Of a stretch of 51,058 bases of DNA, positions 18,907 through 28,898 are shown piece by piece. Source of the DNA: Promethearchaeota archaeon. Its GTDB lineage: Archaea > Asgardarchaeota > Lokiarchaeia > Sigyniarchaeales > SOKP01. Under the pieces are notes generated by a model. That model was given only the letters and a program-made list of their open reading frames with translations, searched no databases and was not told the DNA's origin. The stretch is from NCBI GenBank assembly GCA_019057795.1, contig JAHLWS010000014.1, forward strand, positions 1 to 51,058, in the 5' to 3' direction. Both the position numbers and the translations under genes were made by a program. Numbering within the stretch: the stretch's first letter is position 1; every line of letters begins with the position of its first letter.

Positions 18907-20619
18907 TTGGAAGAAAAGAAAAAAGTATTGAATGGTGGCGATGTTCTAATAAAATGTTTACTCGAAGAAGACATTAAATATCTGTTTGGAATTATTGGTG
19001 GACAATTCTTAAATATGTTTGATGCAATTTATAGATGGGGTAAAGAAAAGGGCATTGAAACCGTGATGTTTAGACATGAACAGGGTGCTGCCCATGCAGC
19101 TGATGCTTGGGCAAGAGTAACTAATAAACCAGGAATCTGTTTTGGAACGGTTGGTCCGGGCGCAACTCAACTCGTTCCTGGTGTTGGTGCGGCATGGAGT
19201 GATAATATGCCTATGATTGTAATTGTACCTCAAGTAAATAGTAAATTTGCAGATTCCTTCACTTTACAAGGGAACCTCGACCAAATTACTATGTTCAAAC
19301 CGATTACTAAATACCAAAAAAGTATTAGAACAATTGAAGAAATTCCTAACGCCGTCCAAAAATGTTTTAGAGAAGCTACAAGTGGTCGACCAAGACCTGT
19401 GTTGTTAGAGATTTATGAAGACGCATTTCTCAGTCAGAAAGAAGAGAGCGAAATTCCCATAATGTCTCCCGAACAGTACCGTTGTATTGAGAAACCGGCT
19501 GTAAGCAATGAATTAATACAAAAATCGTTAGATTTGTTATTAAAAGCTGAGAAGCCGCTAATTGTTTCTGGAGGTGGAGTTTCGAGGTCTGAAGGATGGG
19601 AAGAACTACAAGAATTTGCTGAATATTTGAAAATTCCCGTTATGACAAGTATTATGGGGGTTGGAACCATCTCAAGTAAGTCAGAAAGTTTTATCGGAAC
19701 AACTATAAACGGTCCGGGCTTAAAAGCAGGCCCCGAAGCTGATGTGGTTCTAGCTCTCGGTTGCAAATTCAGTTACATTATGGGACATGGGAGTGAACCA
19801 TTCTGGCGCAATTCTCAAAAGATGATACAGGTAGATATTGATCCGGGAATAATTGGAAGAGCAAAACCAATTACTTTAGGTGTGGTAAGCGATTGCAAAC
19901 AATTTTTAAAACAAATTCTTGAGAAGGCTAAAAAGACTCAAAAAGTTGAAAATAGACCTTGGTTAGATGAATTATTGGATTTGAGAAAAACACAGATGGC
20001 TGGAATGATGAAAAAAGCAACAAAAGATAAGATTCCAATATTACCTCAAAGATTAGTAAAAGATGTTTTAGAATTCATGGATGAAGATGCGGTATTCATT
20101 AACGATGGTGGGGATATAGCCTGTTATGCTATAGAGCAAATAGATTATTATAAACCAAGACCACCACTCTCCTTCTTGCAAGCTGTTGGGATGGGTCATC
20201 TCGGGACTTCTGTAGGGTACGGAATTGGAGCGAAGCTGGCAAAACCGGATAAACAAGTAATATCAATATCTGGTGATGGTAGTTTTATGATGAATATTCA
20301 AGATCTCGAAACTGCTGTAAGATTAGGTTTAAGCAATCTCATCTTTGTGATAGCAAATAATAGCGCTTGGGGAATGCTTAAATCAGGTCAAAAATTATTT
20401 GTAGATAAGCATTATCTTGATGTTGATTTACCCAATTTTGATTATGCTAAATGTGCTGAAGGATTTGGGTGCTACGGAGAGGTTGTGACTGATCCGAATG
20501 AAATTAAACCGGCACTAGAAAGAGCTAAAAATTCCGGAAAACCAGCTGTAATAGATGTTAAAACAACTTGGACAATCCCAGATGCGACAAAACTTTTAGG
20601 AAGCATGGGAATTCTATAA
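18907..20619 (+). CDS. Thiamine pyrophosphate-dependent enzyme (acetolactate synthase / 2-hydroxyacyl-CoA lyase superfamily)
   Basis: RHEQGAAHAAD, GPGAT, GRPRPV and GDGSF...NNSAWG motifs. Confidence 0.9.
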   Translation: MEEKKKVLNGGDVLIKCLLEEDIKYLFGIIGGQFLNMFDAIYRWGKEKGIETVMFRHEQGAAHAADAWARVTNKPGICFGTVGPGATQLVPGVGAAWSDNMPMIVIVPQVNSKFADSFTLQGNLDQITMFKPITKYQKSIRTIEEIPNAVQKCFREATSGRPRPVLLEIYEDAFLSQKEESEIPIMSPEQYRCIEKPAVSNELIQKSLDLLLKAEKPLIVSGGGVSRSEGWEELQEFAEYLKIPVMTSIMGVGTISSKSESFIGTTINGPGLKAGPEADVVLALGCKFSYIMGHGSEPFWRNSQKMIQVDIDPGIIGRAKPITLGVVSDCKQFLKQILEKAKKTQKVENRPWLDELLDLRKTQMAGMMKKATKDKIPILPQRLVKDVLEFMDEDAVFINDGGDIACYAIEQIDYYKPRPPLSFLQAVGMGHLGTSVGYGIGAKLAKPDKQVISISGDGSFMMNIQDLETAVRLGLSNLIFVIANNSAWGMLKSGQKLFVDKHYLDVDLPNFDYAKCAEGFGCYGEVVTDPNEIKPALERAKNSGKPAVIDVKTTWTIPDATKLLGSMGIL

Positions 20620-20689
20620 ATAATAATTTCTTAATTTTTTTTTTAATAATCTTAAACCAAAATAAAAATTTTTTAAAGGTGTTAAAATA

Positions 20690-21703
20690 ATGAGAGGAGC
20701 TTATTTTTCAGAAGTTCATAAGATAGAAATAAAGGATGATTTACCTAAACCTGAAATATCCGCAGATGAGGTTTTAATAAGAATAAAGAATTGCGGCATA
20801 TGTGGTTCTGATGTTGGATCTTACTTGACAGGAGCCATGGAATCACAACAAATAATAATAGGTCATGAATTTTCAGGAGAAATTGCCGAAATTGGTGATA
20901 AAGTCAAAAAAATGAAAATTGGGGACCGTGTTACTGCTAATCCTAATGTTCCCTGTTTAGATTGTTATTATTGCAGACACGGTTTGGAGAATATGTGTAT
21001 TTTCTATACAATTGGAGTCACTCATGATGGTGCACTAACTGAATTTGTGAAAGTTAGAGCTGATAGAATACATAAATTACCAGAATCGGTTTCTTTTGAG
21101 GAAGGGGCACTGGTCGAACCGTTAGCAATCGGAGTGCAAGCGGTTAGGAATTCTGGGTTTAAAGTTGGAGACACTACCGCTGTTTTTGGGGCTGGTTCAA
21201 TAGGATTAATGACTATCCAAGTACTTAATGCAGCAGGAGCAAGTAAAATATATGTGATCGAACCAATTGAAGCTAAACAACAATTAGCGTTAAAATTGGG
21301 AGCAGATAAAGTTTTTGGTCCAAAAATATGGGGTAAAATCATAAAACTAACAAACAAAATAGGACCAGATTATGTGTATGATGGTGTTGGTTTGCCGGAA
21401 ACAATAATAAATTCCATGCAACTGGTTAAGATGGGCGGAACAATCATCATTATTGGGATGTACCCGGAACCGTTTGAGATGAAAGGTTTTCTCCAATTTA
21501 TGACTAAAAATATTACGATGATAGGCATGTATCTTGTAGATCAAGAATCGTATAGCACGGCTCTCAGATTGATTGAGCAGAAAAAGGTTGATGTTCTATC
21601 TTTAATTACTAAACGAATAAAACTTGATGAAGTTCCTGTCGCAATTGAAGATTTATCAAAAGGATTACATGATGATATAAAGATTATGGTTGCGATAGAA
21701 TAA
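20690..21703 (+). CDS. Zn-dependent medium-chain alcohol dehydrogenase
   Basis: CGICGSD, GHEFSG, CLDCYYC..C and GAGSIG motifs. Confidence 0.9.
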   Translation: MRGAYFSEVHKIEIKDDLPKPEISADEVLIRIKNCGICGSDVGSYLTGAMESQQIIIGHEFSGEIAEIGDKVKKMKIGDRVTANPNVPCLDCYYCRHGLENMCIFYTIGVTHDGALTEFVKVRADRIHKLPESVSFEEGALVEPLAIGVQAVRNSGFKVGDTTAVFGAGSIGLMTIQVLNAAGASKIYVIEPIEAKQQLALKLGADKVFGPKIWGKIIKLTNKIGPDYVYDGVGLPETIINSMQLVKMGGTIIIIGMYPEPFEMKGFLQFMTKNITMIGMYLVDQESYSTALRLIEQKKVDVLSLITKRIKLDEVPVAIEDLSKGLHDDIKIMVAIE

Positions 21704-21840
21704 TTCTTTAATTTTATTACTATTTTTTTACTTTTTTTAACATTATAACATTTTTGGATTATGACCTAATACCCTCTTTTTATAGATTTAATTTGATGAT
21801 TTTGGTAAATATTTATAAATCCATGTAACAATAAATAAGA

Positions 21841-21861
21841 TATTCACCAAATTTGTGAATA
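21841..21861. promoter_or_regulatory. Putative operator (inverted repeat TATTCAC-N7-GTGAATA)
   Basis: Perfect 7-bp arms between a TTTATAAA TATA-like box (about 21812) and ATG 21882. Confidence 0.4.
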
Positions 21862-21881
21862 AAAATTAAGAGGTTAATCAA

Positions 21882-23615
21882 ATGGAAGGTAAAAAGAGTC
21901 CATATGATGCGAAAATATGGACGAAATCTTATGATGAACATGTTAAACCCACTTTAGAATATCCTAAAGAAAGCCTTGGTAAAATTTTTGATGATGCTAT
22001 GAAAAAATATCCCGAAAGAATCGCTTGCTACTTTATGAAACGGGATATGCCCTTCAAAGAACTGAGGGAATATACACATCGATTTGCGACATTTTTACAG
22101 AAAAATGGTTTAAAAAAAGGAGATCGCGTTGCTATAAATCTAGCTAACTGTCCTCAATATTTGGCTGCACATTTTGGAACAATTTTAGCGGGCGGAGTAG
22201 CATCGGGCTGTTCACCGCTTTTAAGCCCAACTGAAATTGCTTATCAAATAAACGATAGTGAGGCTAAATTTTTTGTTACTTTGGATGCAGTATATGAGAA
22301 AGTATTAATGAAAGTAATAGAGAAGTTGCCAAATCTTAAATGCGTGATTACGACTAATATTTCTGATTACATGGGGCTTTCAAAACCTATAGTATTTCTT
22401 GGTAAGCTACTAGGTAAAATACCAAAAGGAAAAGTTGAACCTTATTCCGGAAAATTAATTATTGATTTCAAGGATGTGATGGAAACATCCATTGACTTAC
22501 AGGATGTAGATATAGATGTGAAAAATGATCTTGCCCTACTTCAATATACCGGCGGAACCACAGGGTTACCTAAAGGCACAGAACTTACTCATGCTAACTT
22601 AATTACTAACGTAGTTCAAGTAGCAACATGGTTAGATAGAAGGGAAGCAAAGGAAGGCGAAAATAATTTATCTGCTTTTCCGCTCTTTCATTTAGCTGGT
22701 TTAGCTATGAGTATGATAACTATATATACTTCAGGAGGACAAATCTTAATTGCAGACCCTAGAGATACAGACCATATTATTGAAGAAATGATAGAAAAAA
22801 ACCCAAAAATAATGGTGAATGTACCAACCTTATTTTTATCAATTATGAACAACCCAAAATTAAAGGATGTACCCAAATCTACCTTCAATAATATAGATAT
22901 GTATGTTTCAGGGGCTGCGCCTTTTCCCGCAGAAGCAATTAGGGATTTCGAAGAATCTATGCTTGGTACTAATAAGGTTTTAGAAGTTTACGGGATGACT
23001 GAGACAAGTCCAATTCTAACTATGAATCCCCATTATGGTAAGAAGAAAATCGGAACTGTAGGTTTACCCGTACCTGACACTGAGTTGAGACTTGTAGATA
23101 TTGAAACGGGAAAACAAGTAGAACTTGGACAACCAGGAGAAATTATTTGTAAAGGTCCTCAAGTTACAAGAGGTTACTTTAACAAGCCAGAAGCAAACGC
23201 AAAAACTATTATTGATGGATGGCTTCATACTGGTGATGTTGGTGTTATGGATGAGGATGGATTCATAACGATTGTGGATCGAACAAAAGATATGTTAATC
23301 GTAAGTGGGTATAAGGTTTATAGCGTTCATGTAGAAGATGTAATGACAAAGCATCCAGATATAGAATTAGTAGCAATCATAGGTTTGAAAGATCCAGACC
23401 GCCCTGGGAGCGAAATTGTTAAAGCAGTCGTTCAACTTAAGGAAGGAATTCAGCCAACTGAAAAAGTGCAAGAAAACTTAAAAAAATATGCTGCTGAACA
23501 TCTCTCGAAATATGAAAATCCAAAACAATGGGAATTCAGAGAATCACTTCCTTTAACAGCAGTAGGAAAGGTATTAAAAAGATCTCTCCGAGAAGAAGAA
23601 ACCAAAAATGATTAA
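21882..23615 (+). CDS. Long-chain-fatty-acid--CoA ligase family
   Basis: YTGGTTGLPKG, YGMTETSP, GWLHTGD, DRTKD and PLTAVGKV motifs. Confidence 0.92.
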   Translation: MEGKKSPYDAKIWTKSYDEHVKPTLEYPKESLGKIFDDAMKKYPERIACYFMKRDMPFKELREYTHRFATFLQKNGLKKGDRVAINLANCPQYLAAHFGTILAGGVASGCSPLLSPTEIAYQINDSEAKFFVTLDAVYEKVLMKVIEKLPNLKCVITTNISDYMGLSKPIVFLGKLLGKIPKGKVEPYSGKLIIDFKDVMETSIDLQDVDIDVKNDLALLQYTGGTTGLPKGTELTHANLITNVVQVATWLDRREAKEGENNLSAFPLFHLAGLAMSMITIYTSGGQILIADPRDTDHIIEEMIEKNPKIMVNVPTLFLSIMNNPKLKDVPKSTFNNIDMYVSGAAPFPAEAIRDFEESMLGTNKVLEVYGMTETSPILTMNPHYGKKKIGTVGLPVPDTELRLVDIETGKQVELGQPGEIICKGPQVTRGYFNKPEANAKTIIDGWLHTGDVGVMDEDGFITIVDRTKDMLIVSGYKVYSVHVEDVMTKHPDIELVAIIGLKDPDRPGSEIVKAVVQLKEGIQPTEKVQENLKKYAAEHLSKYENPKQWEFRESLPLTAVGKVLKRSLREEETKND

Positions 23616-23706
23616 TTAAAACTTTTTTTTTCTATTTTTATAAAATTATATTAAGAAACTTATCAAATACTATTCATAAATATAAATTTATTTCTAATTC
23701 AAAGAG

Positions 23707-24996
23707 TTGATGTTAATGAATAATAAAAAAGGTAAAGTTCAATGTATAAATGATGAAATTCTTGAAAAACTCTCGTTAAAAACCCGTAATAAGTTTTTAA
23801 ATTACAATTTGATGAGTTTTTTAAAACCGAAGCACTTCAATTTCCTTAAACAAGCCCAAAAGTATTTTGTGAAATTTGAAAAGGATAATAACATAACCCA
23901 TAACGAAGATTTCTACGAATGGATTCCTGAAATTGGCAGAAACGGATATATTACTCGAATGCACAAATTTGATAATATTGGGTTAAACTTCGAGCCTTAC
24001 GGGATGACGACAGAATTTATGAGGGTTTTAGCCATGGATTTCTTTGATCCACAGCTAGCTATGGGCGCTGGAGCTACAGTTTTAGCAGTAAATCCATTAA
24101 TGCTCCATCACGAAAATATCGATGTTCGATTAAAAGCGCTAAAAGAATTAGTAACGGGAGAAAAAATAGGCTGTATTTGTATAACTGAACCAGAAAGAGG
24201 CTCTGATGCGGTTCATATGCTAACGACCTGTGACGAACAAGGGGATGGAAGCTTCCTTCTTAACGGTGTAAAGATATATCAAACTAATGGAACTAAAGCA
24301 GATTGGGCGGTTATTTACGCTGTAACAGAAAAGAATAATGGTAACACAATGGCCCAATTATTAGTTGACACTTCGTGGGACGGATTTGAAGCCGAACGGG
24401 TTAACATCCCTTGGACTCCAAGGATTCATATAGGTAAAGAAACTTTTACAAATATGAAAATTCCTGCTGAATATGTATTAGGTAGACCAGGTGATGGACG
24501 AACGCACTTATTTGAAGGACTTAATTTAGAAAGATTAGGAATTGTGTGTTTAAATGTTGCTGAAGCTTGGAACGCGATTACTCACGCCGTAATATATACT
24601 AATATGAGAAAACAATTTGATAAGGTAATATTGAAACATCAAGGCGTAGGATTTCCTTTGTCTGATCTCTGGGCTCAAACCACGAATATGACTTTAGCAA
24701 TCTTAAATATTTGCCAAACAATTGACGACAAAATGGAGAAGCTCGGGACGCTTCCTAAAGAGTTTAATTTAGCCTTGGGTGCTACTGCGTCACAACTTAA
24801 GTTCCTTAGTACAAAACTTTCTGAGCGGGTGGTGTATGAATGTGCCAACCTTATGGGTGGAGCAGGAGTTTGTGATAATACCCTAATGCATGATTTATTA
24901 GGAATTAGTAGAATCCAAGAAATTGGAGGCGGAACGAGACAAATACAACAGTATATTATGAGTTATGCTCTAAGACAATTGTTTCGGCTACTGTAG
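23707..24996 (+). CDS. Acyl-CoA dehydrogenase
   Basis: CITEPERGSD, LNGVKIYQTNG, RKQFDK and EIGGGT motifs. The exact start could be TTG 23707 or a nearby ATG. Confidence 0.88.
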   Translation: MMLMNNKKGKVQCINDEILEKLSLKTRNKFLNYNLMSFLKPKHFNFLKQAQKYFVKFEKDNNITHNEDFYEWIPEIGRNGYITRMHKFDNIGLNFEPYGMTTEFMRVLAMDFFDPQLAMGAGATVLAVNPLMLHHENIDVRLKALKELVTGEKIGCICITEPERGSDAVHMLTTCDEQGDGSFLLNGVKIYQTNGTKADWAVIYAVTEKNNGNTMAQLLVDTSWDGFEAERVNIPWTPRIHIGKETFTNMKIPAEYVLGRPGDGRTHLFEGLNLERLGIVCLNVAEAWNAITHAVIYTNMRKQFDKVILKHQGVGFPLSDLWAQTTNMTLAILNICQTIDDKMEKLGTLPKEFNLALGATASQLKFLSTKLSERVVYECANLMGGAGVCDNTLMHDLLGISRIQEIGGGTRQIQQYIMSYALRQLFRLL

Positions 24997-25048
24997 CATC
25001 CCATTTCTTTAAATATATTTTTTTTTTCTTAAAATCAAACTAAATTAT

Positions 25049-25288
25049 TTAAATAAGTTCTATCGGTTCGTTATGGTTATCTAAAAAGTTAAGTTTTTCG
25101 TAAAACTGTTCGCTTGGGATATATTTAGCGCTCCAAATTAAAAGGCCATCTTGCTCTGTTTCAATAAAGTCATCCTCAAATAAATCCTCTAAACACACAG
25201 TTTCTTCTTGGCTTGTTATGTCTTTCTCTATGAATTCATCAATAACATCTGTCCCAACTGAATTTGTCATAAAAACTAAAGATTCCAC
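25049..25288 (-). CDS. Small acidic hypothetical protein
   Basis: 79 aa; GTG preceded by GGAG; fills an intergenic gap. Confidence 0.6.
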   Translation of the reverse strand: MESLVFMTNSVGTDVIDEFIEKDITSQEETVCLEDLFEDDFIETEQDGLLIWSAKYIPSEQFYEKLNFLDNHNEPIELI

Positions 25289-25404
25289 GTTTTCAACTCC
25301 AATTTGAAAAATTATCTGGTAGATAATTTGGTTTTATAAAATAAGATTTCTTAAAGTATAGTAAAACCTTTACGATAATATTAAAATAATTAGAGGGAAT
25401 CAAG

Positions 25405-25590
25405 TTGCCAGAATATGAAGTTAAGGTAAAATTCTACATTTTTCCATATAGAAAATTTAAAATAAGCGCTAAAGATGAAAAGGAAGCAAGAAAAATCGCT
25501 AATGACCAAGCTCAACATATCATTGATACTTTAGATTTTAGCATAACTAATATAAAGGCAAAAGAATACCTCATGGACAAATTTCTGTGA
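25405..25590 (+). CDS. Small hypothetical protein
   Basis: 61 aa; GAGGG before TTG; beta-beta-alpha-beta-like pattern; oligo-T after the stop. Confidence 0.6.
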   Translation: MPEYEVKVKFYIFPYRKFKISAKDEKEARKIANDQAQHIIDTLDFSITNIKAKEYLMDKFL

Positions 25591-25739
25591 AAATTTTTAT
25601 TTTTCTCTTTTTTTTTCTTTTGGTTAAGATTAAACTTAGATTACTTCTAAATTCAAGTTGTAAACAATTATAAATGAAAAAATCTAACTCTATATATTTG
25701 AGTTTATTCAAATTGATCATTTTAGAATATTAAATGATT

Positions 25740-26321
25740 TTATTTATCCTTTCTATCTTTTTCTTTATTGAGATTGAAAAATGGAAACATGAATGGTATT
25801 TTAGAAGCATAATCTAAAAACTCTTCACCGTATTTGGCTTTTAATGATAAATCTTCTATTTTGGCTAAAAAGATATAAGCAATAACTTCTGCAATCCATA
25901 TATATACAATCCAAGAGCTTTTAAAAATTTCATAAGGAAAAATAATATTAACGGGAGTAGTTTCTAAACTTGTAATAGTAAACCCAAAAGTCATGATGAT
26001 TATACTAACATATTGAGGATGCCTAATATACTTATACGGTCCCTTTTTAATTAATTCTTTTCTATGGATAATTTGATAAATCAAACTATAAATAAAAAAG
26101 AAGCTTCCGAAATAAATTATATATATTCCCGGATAACCAAAGAAAGCAGAAAAATCCATTAATAAAATAGAAGGATTTTGAAAAAATGCAATAAGATAAC
26201 CAATTAATGGTAAACTCATTATACCATGCCATATGGAAGCATTTGGTATGTATTGAAAAACAGGAACAAGATATCCTATTACTTTTAGAATGCCCTCTTT
26301 TAATTTATTTAAGAGATCCAT
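25740..26321 (-). CDS. ICMT/PEMT-family membrane methyltransferase
   Basis: LIKKGPYKYIRHPQY and ED..L..KYGEEF..Y motifs; multiple TM segments. Confidence 0.8.
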   Translation of the reverse strand: MDLLNKLKEGILKVIGYLVPVFQYIPNASIWHGIMSLPLIGYLIAFFQNPSILLMDFSAFFGYPGIYIIYFGSFFFIYSLIYQIIHRKELIKKGPYKYIRHPQYVSIIIMTFGFTITSLETTPVNIIFPYEIFKSSWIVYIWIAEVIAYIFLAKIEDLSLKAKYGEEFLDYASKIPFMFPFFNLNKEKDRKDK

Positions 26322-26387
26322 ATATCTTATAAAACAATGTATAATTTAATTTCTTATTATTCAAATTAATTATTTTGAGAAAATGAA

Positions 26388-27209
26388 ATGAAAATCGAAG
26401 ATATTCAAGATATAATCTATGAAAAGGAAGAAAACGGAATCTGTACTGTTACAATTAACCAACCCAAAAGAAAAAATGCAATGTCATTTGTAACCTTTTT
26501 AGAAATTGAGACCGTGTTAGCAGATATGGAAGCTGATAAAAATGCTAAAGTTTTGATTATTACTGGCTGCGAAGAAGCTAACGCGTTTTCGTCAGGAGGT
26601 TATTTCAATATGAATATGATAACTTCAATCCCTAAAGAAATATTAGAAGAAATTGATCTAACAGACATCGCGATTAAAAGATTGTCAATGAAATTTTGGA
26701 ATTTTTCTAAACCGGTAATCGCCGCTATAAACGGATTAGCAGTAGGTGCGGGTTTTACTATGCCATTAATAGGAGCTGATTTAATTTATATGTCTGAAGA
26801 TGCTTGGATTGGTTTTTATTTTATGAGACGCGCAGTTATAGCGGAATTTAGCGCCCATTTTTTGCTTCCATTTTACATTGGTTTTCAGAAAACTAAAGAA
26901 TTACTTTATTTTGGTAAGAAGATAACTGCTCAAGAAGCCTACGAGCTTGGCCTTGTAAATAAAGTTTTACCAAAAGAAGAATTGATGCCATTTGTTAGAG
27001 AGCAAGCATTGAGACTCATTCCTCCTAAAGGTCCGTCTTTATCGATAAAATTAATGAAAAAAACTATGCACGATTATTTTAAAGACATTTTATCAAGAAC
27101 GCTAGACCTTGAAAACGAAGGTCTCAGAACTCTTTTAAAAACCCACGACTTTAGAGAATCGTTGAAAGCATTAATTCAGAAACGAGATCCAACTTTTAAA
27201 GGAAAATAG
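26388..27209 (+). CDS. Enoyl-CoA hydratase/isomerase family
   Basis: NQPKRKNA, AFSSG, KPVIAAINGLAVGAG, ITAQEAYELGLVN and KRDPTFKG motifs. Confidence 0.9.
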   Translation: MKIEDIQDIIYEKEENGICTVTINQPKRKNAMSFVTFLEIETVLADMEADKNAKVLIITGCEEANAFSSGGYFNMNMITSIPKEILEEIDLTDIAIKRLSMKFWNFSKPVIAAINGLAVGAGFTMPLIGADLIYMSEDAWIGFYFMRRAVIAEFSAHFLLPFYIGFQKTKELLYFGKKITAQEAYELGLVNKVLPKEELMPFVREQALRLIPPKGPSLSIKLMKKTMHDYFKDILSRTLDLENEGLRTLLKTHDFRESLKALIQKRDPTFKGK

Positions 27210-27249
27210 TAATTTAAGTAATAAAAATTGTTTTAACTAAGTTAGATCA

Positions 27250-28776
27250 ATGACTATGACTATTGATAAAATTGGTTTTGATAACGAAAAGTATCTAAAA
27301 GAACAATCTATGAGCATCTTAGATCGAGCAGCTCAATTTGGAAATAAATTATATCTTGAATTCGGCGGAAAGCTGGTCTATGATTATCACGCTTCGCGAG
27401 TCCTTCCAGGGTTCGACCCAAATGTGAAAATGAAGCTTTTGAAGACTCTTGAAGATAAAATTGAGGTTATTATTTGTATATATTCTGGAGATATAGAAAG
27501 GAGGAAGATTCGCGCAGATTTTGGCATAACATATGACAATAATGCACTGAAATTAATCGACGATCTTCGAGATGGGGGGATTAACATATGTGCCGTGGTA
27601 GTGACGCGTTATAATGGTCAACAAGTAGTAAAACAATTCATGAATAAACTGGAACGCCGTGATATAAAAGTAGTTACACATCAGCTAATTAGAGGTTATC
27701 CAACCAACATTGATTTAATTATAAGTAAAGAGGGGTATGGTTCAAATGAATACATTGAAACATCCAAACCTATAATCATTGTCACTGCACCCGGACCAGG
27801 TAGTGGGAAATTGGCAACTTGTCTTTCTCAAATGTATCACGAGCATATAAGGGGGATAGATGCGGGTTATGCTAAATTTGAAACCTTTCCGATTTGGAAC
27901 TTACCGTTAAAACATCCTGTAAATATGGCATACGAATCGGCGACTGCTGACATCGGGGATTTTAATCAAGTGGATCCCTTTCATCTTGAAACTTATAATA
28001 TTACCGCAATAAATTATAACAGAGATGTTGAGATTTTTCCGGTGGTCAAGAAAATTATGCTAAGGATTATGGGTAAAAAATTAGTATATAAATCTCCTAC
28101 TGATATGGGTGTAAATAAAGCAGGTTTTGCTATAATTAACGATAATCTGGTGCAGCAAGCAGCAAAACAGGAATTGATCCGAAGATATTTTCGGTATAGC
28201 TGTGAATATGCAATGGGTGTTACGGAAAAGAAAACTGTGCAGAGAGCGGAACTGTTGATGAAAGAACTGAATCTCACAGTATTTGATCGAGAAGTGGTAA
28301 AAGAGGCTCGTCAAGCGTCTATAGCTGCCCAAAAAAAAGGTAAAGGAAATGATGGTGTATTTGCTGGAGCTGCATTACAATTGAGGAATGGAAATATAAT
28401 AACGGGTAATAATTCTCCACTGATGCATGCCGCTTCCAGTTTAATCTTAAATACTATCAAAGAATTAGCCGGTATCCCTAAAAACATTCATCTTTTGTCT
28501 CCAAATATTTTAAAATCTATAAGTTATTTAAAGTCGGAGATTTTTAATAACAATCGATTGAGTCTTAATCTCGAAGAGACTCTTATAGCCTTAAGTATAA
28601 GTGCCGATTTCAATCCTTCTGCTAAAGTTGCAATAGAAAAACTTAAGGAACTTTATGGTTGCGAAATGCATTCAACTCATATACCCACTCCAGGAGACGA
28701 AGCTGGCTTGAGAAGATTAGGACTTAACATAACATCAGATCCAAATTTTTCATCAAGAAGTCTTTTTATAACCTAA
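27250..28776 (+). CDS. DUF1846 (UPF0371) family protein
   Basis: LYLEFGGKL..D.HASRVLPGF, TAPGPGSGKLATCLSQ, YAKFETFP and YKSPTDMGVN motifs. Confidence 0.88.
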   Translation: MTMTIDKIGFDNEKYLKEQSMSILDRAAQFGNKLYLEFGGKLVYDYHASRVLPGFDPNVKMKLLKTLEDKIEVIICIYSGDIERRKIRADFGITYDNNALKLIDDLRDGGINICAVVVTRYNGQQVVKQFMNKLERRDIKVVTHQLIRGYPTNIDLIISKEGYGSNEYIETSKPIIIVTAPGPGSGKLATCLSQMYHEHIRGIDAGYAKFETFPIWNLPLKHPVNMAYESATADIGDFNQVDPFHLETYNITAINYNRDVEIFPVVKKIMLRIMGKKLVYKSPTDMGVNKAGFAIINDNLVQQAAKQELIRRYFRYSCEYAMGVTEKKTVQRAELLMKELNLTVFDREVVKEARQASIAAQKKGKGNDGVFAGAALQLRNGNIITGNNSPLMHAASSLILNTIKELAGIPKNIHLLSPNILKSISYLKSEIFNNNRLSLNLEETLIALSISADFNPSAKVAIEKLKELYGCEMHSTHIPTPGDEAGLRRLGLNITSDPNFSSRSLFIT

Positions 28777-28898
28777 TTATATATCAATAATTTAATTTTT
28801 TATAATCTCGAAATTCTTATAAAATGTGGTTGCTATTTAATATATTTATAAAGATCAATTAATAATTATTATAAAAATCGGAGATGTGAAATATAGAA

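Noticed and set aside
25740-26321. ICMT-like gene as a prenylation partner of the Rab-like GTPase
   Set aside because: The GTPase has no C-terminal Cys, the genes are about 10 kb apart, and this family is widespread in prokaryotes.
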